Part shown: piece after piece, positions 63,201 to 64,000 of the stretch | Layout of the letters: every line of letters starts with the position of its first letter | Numbering within the stretch: position 1 is the stretch's first letter | NCBI RefSeq assembly: GCF_036365525.1 | Contig: NC_090384.1 | Coordinates: forward strand, 71,261,715 to 71,325,714 | Direction: 5' to 3' | Origin: Heterodontus francisci | Lineage: Eukaryota | DNA length: 64,000 nt | Notes under the pieces: model-generated | Told to the model about the DNA's origin: nothing | Database searches by the model: none | Seen by the model: the letters and a program-made list of their open reading frames with translations, nothing else | Program-made: the position numbers and the translations under genes

Positions 63201-64000
63201 TGCTCTTCCTCTTCGTCTTACTGGCCTTATTTACTAGTTCCTCCTCATTTATTTCACTTGCTGTCCTACTGCTCTGGTTCCCACCCCCCTACCACACTAG
63301 TTTAAACCCTCCCGAGTGACACTAGCAAACCTCGCAGCCAGGATATTTGTGCCCCTCCAGTTTCGATGCAAGCCGTCCTTCTTGCACAGGTCCCATTTGT
63401 CCCTGAAGAGATCCCAATGGTCCAGATATCTGAAACCCTCCCTTCTACACCAGCTGTTCAGCCACGTGTTTAGCTGCACTATCTTCCTATTTCTAGCCTC
63501 ACTGGCACGTGGCACAGGGAGTAATCCCGAGATTACAACCCTAGAGGTCCTGTCTTTTAACGTTCTACCTAACTCCCTAAACTCCCCCTGCAGGACCTCG
63601 TCACTCTTCCTGCCTATGTCATTGGTACCGATGTGTACCACAACATCTGGCTGTTCACCCTCCCCCTTCAGAATGCCCCCTGTCCATTCAGAGACATCCT
63701 TGACCCTGGCACCAGGGAGGCAACATACCATCCTGGAGTCTCTTTCACGTCCACAGAAGCGCCTATCTGTGCCCCTGACTATAGAGTCCCCTATAACTAT
63801 TGCTCTTCTGCGCTTTGTCCCTCCCTGCTGAACAACAGTGCCAGCCGTGGTGCCACTGCTCTGGCTGCTGCTGTTTTCCCCTGATAGGCCATCCCCCACC
63901 AACAGTATCCAAAACAGTATACTTGTTAGAGAGGGGGATAGCCACTGGGGATTCCTGCACTGACTGCCTGCCCCTTCTAGCGGTCACCCATCTATCTGCC
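60275..64000 (-). mobile_element. Young, nearly full-length CR1/HER1 LINE: ORF1 SGNH esterase (63297 to beyond 64000) and ORF2 APE-RT (about 63150-60360)
   Basis: ORF1 IVIGDSIVRG...VVHIGTND...DGLH; ORF2 GVYYRPP, VVGDFN, SDHN, DFSKAFDKVPH, PQGSVLGP, FADD; 641-aa uninterrupted RT part; only a stop near 62889 and frameshifts near 62310 and 63900. Confidence 0.97.

Noticed and set aside
1-64000. Recombination signal sequences or ProtoRAG/Transib TIR relics flanking RAG1
   Set aside because: I checked by eye CACAGTG/CACTGTG heptamers (e.g. 10512, 13783, 22445, 23327, 32053, 32427, 50535, 52116) and nonamer-like words (GGTTTTTGT 22162, GCAAAAACC 10150, ACAAAAAAC 13514). None pair at 12 or 23 bp and most lie in repeats. 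An RIC-score scan would be needed to exclude weak cryptic sites.

Overview
Eukaryotic genomic DNA from a cartilaginous fish, most likely a shark, inferred from the RAG1 sequence and the HE1/HER1-type SINE/LINE content. The one clearly intact gene is RAG1 (38472-41606, +, 1044 aa, intronless CDS). It has a predicted non-coding first exon ending at 36090, a RUNX/Myb/GATA/E-box proximal promoter with an upstream CTCF-like site, and a roughly 3.2-kb 3' UTR. Upstream on the same strand lies a multi-exon ELF5-like ETS gene that the ORF track misses (PNT exon 5146-5379, ETS exons 23478-23673 and 24970-25054); its PNT exon carries an in-frame TAA at a conserved Tyr, so it may be a pseudogene. I found no TRAF6 between ELF5 and RAG1, and no RAG2 in the 22 kb after RAG1. 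Most of the remaining sequence is transposon-derived: CR1/HER1 LINEs (one young and nearly full length), L2, RTE, Tx1, Penelope, SINEs, solo LTRs, a Gypsy pol remnant, decayed two-gene PIF/Harbinger elements with their MITEs, and a TTAA-flanked foldback element rich in RUNX and E-box sites downstream of RAG1. Family names and comparisons with human or mouse sequences come from recalled knowledge, not database searches, and boundaries of old repeats are approximate.
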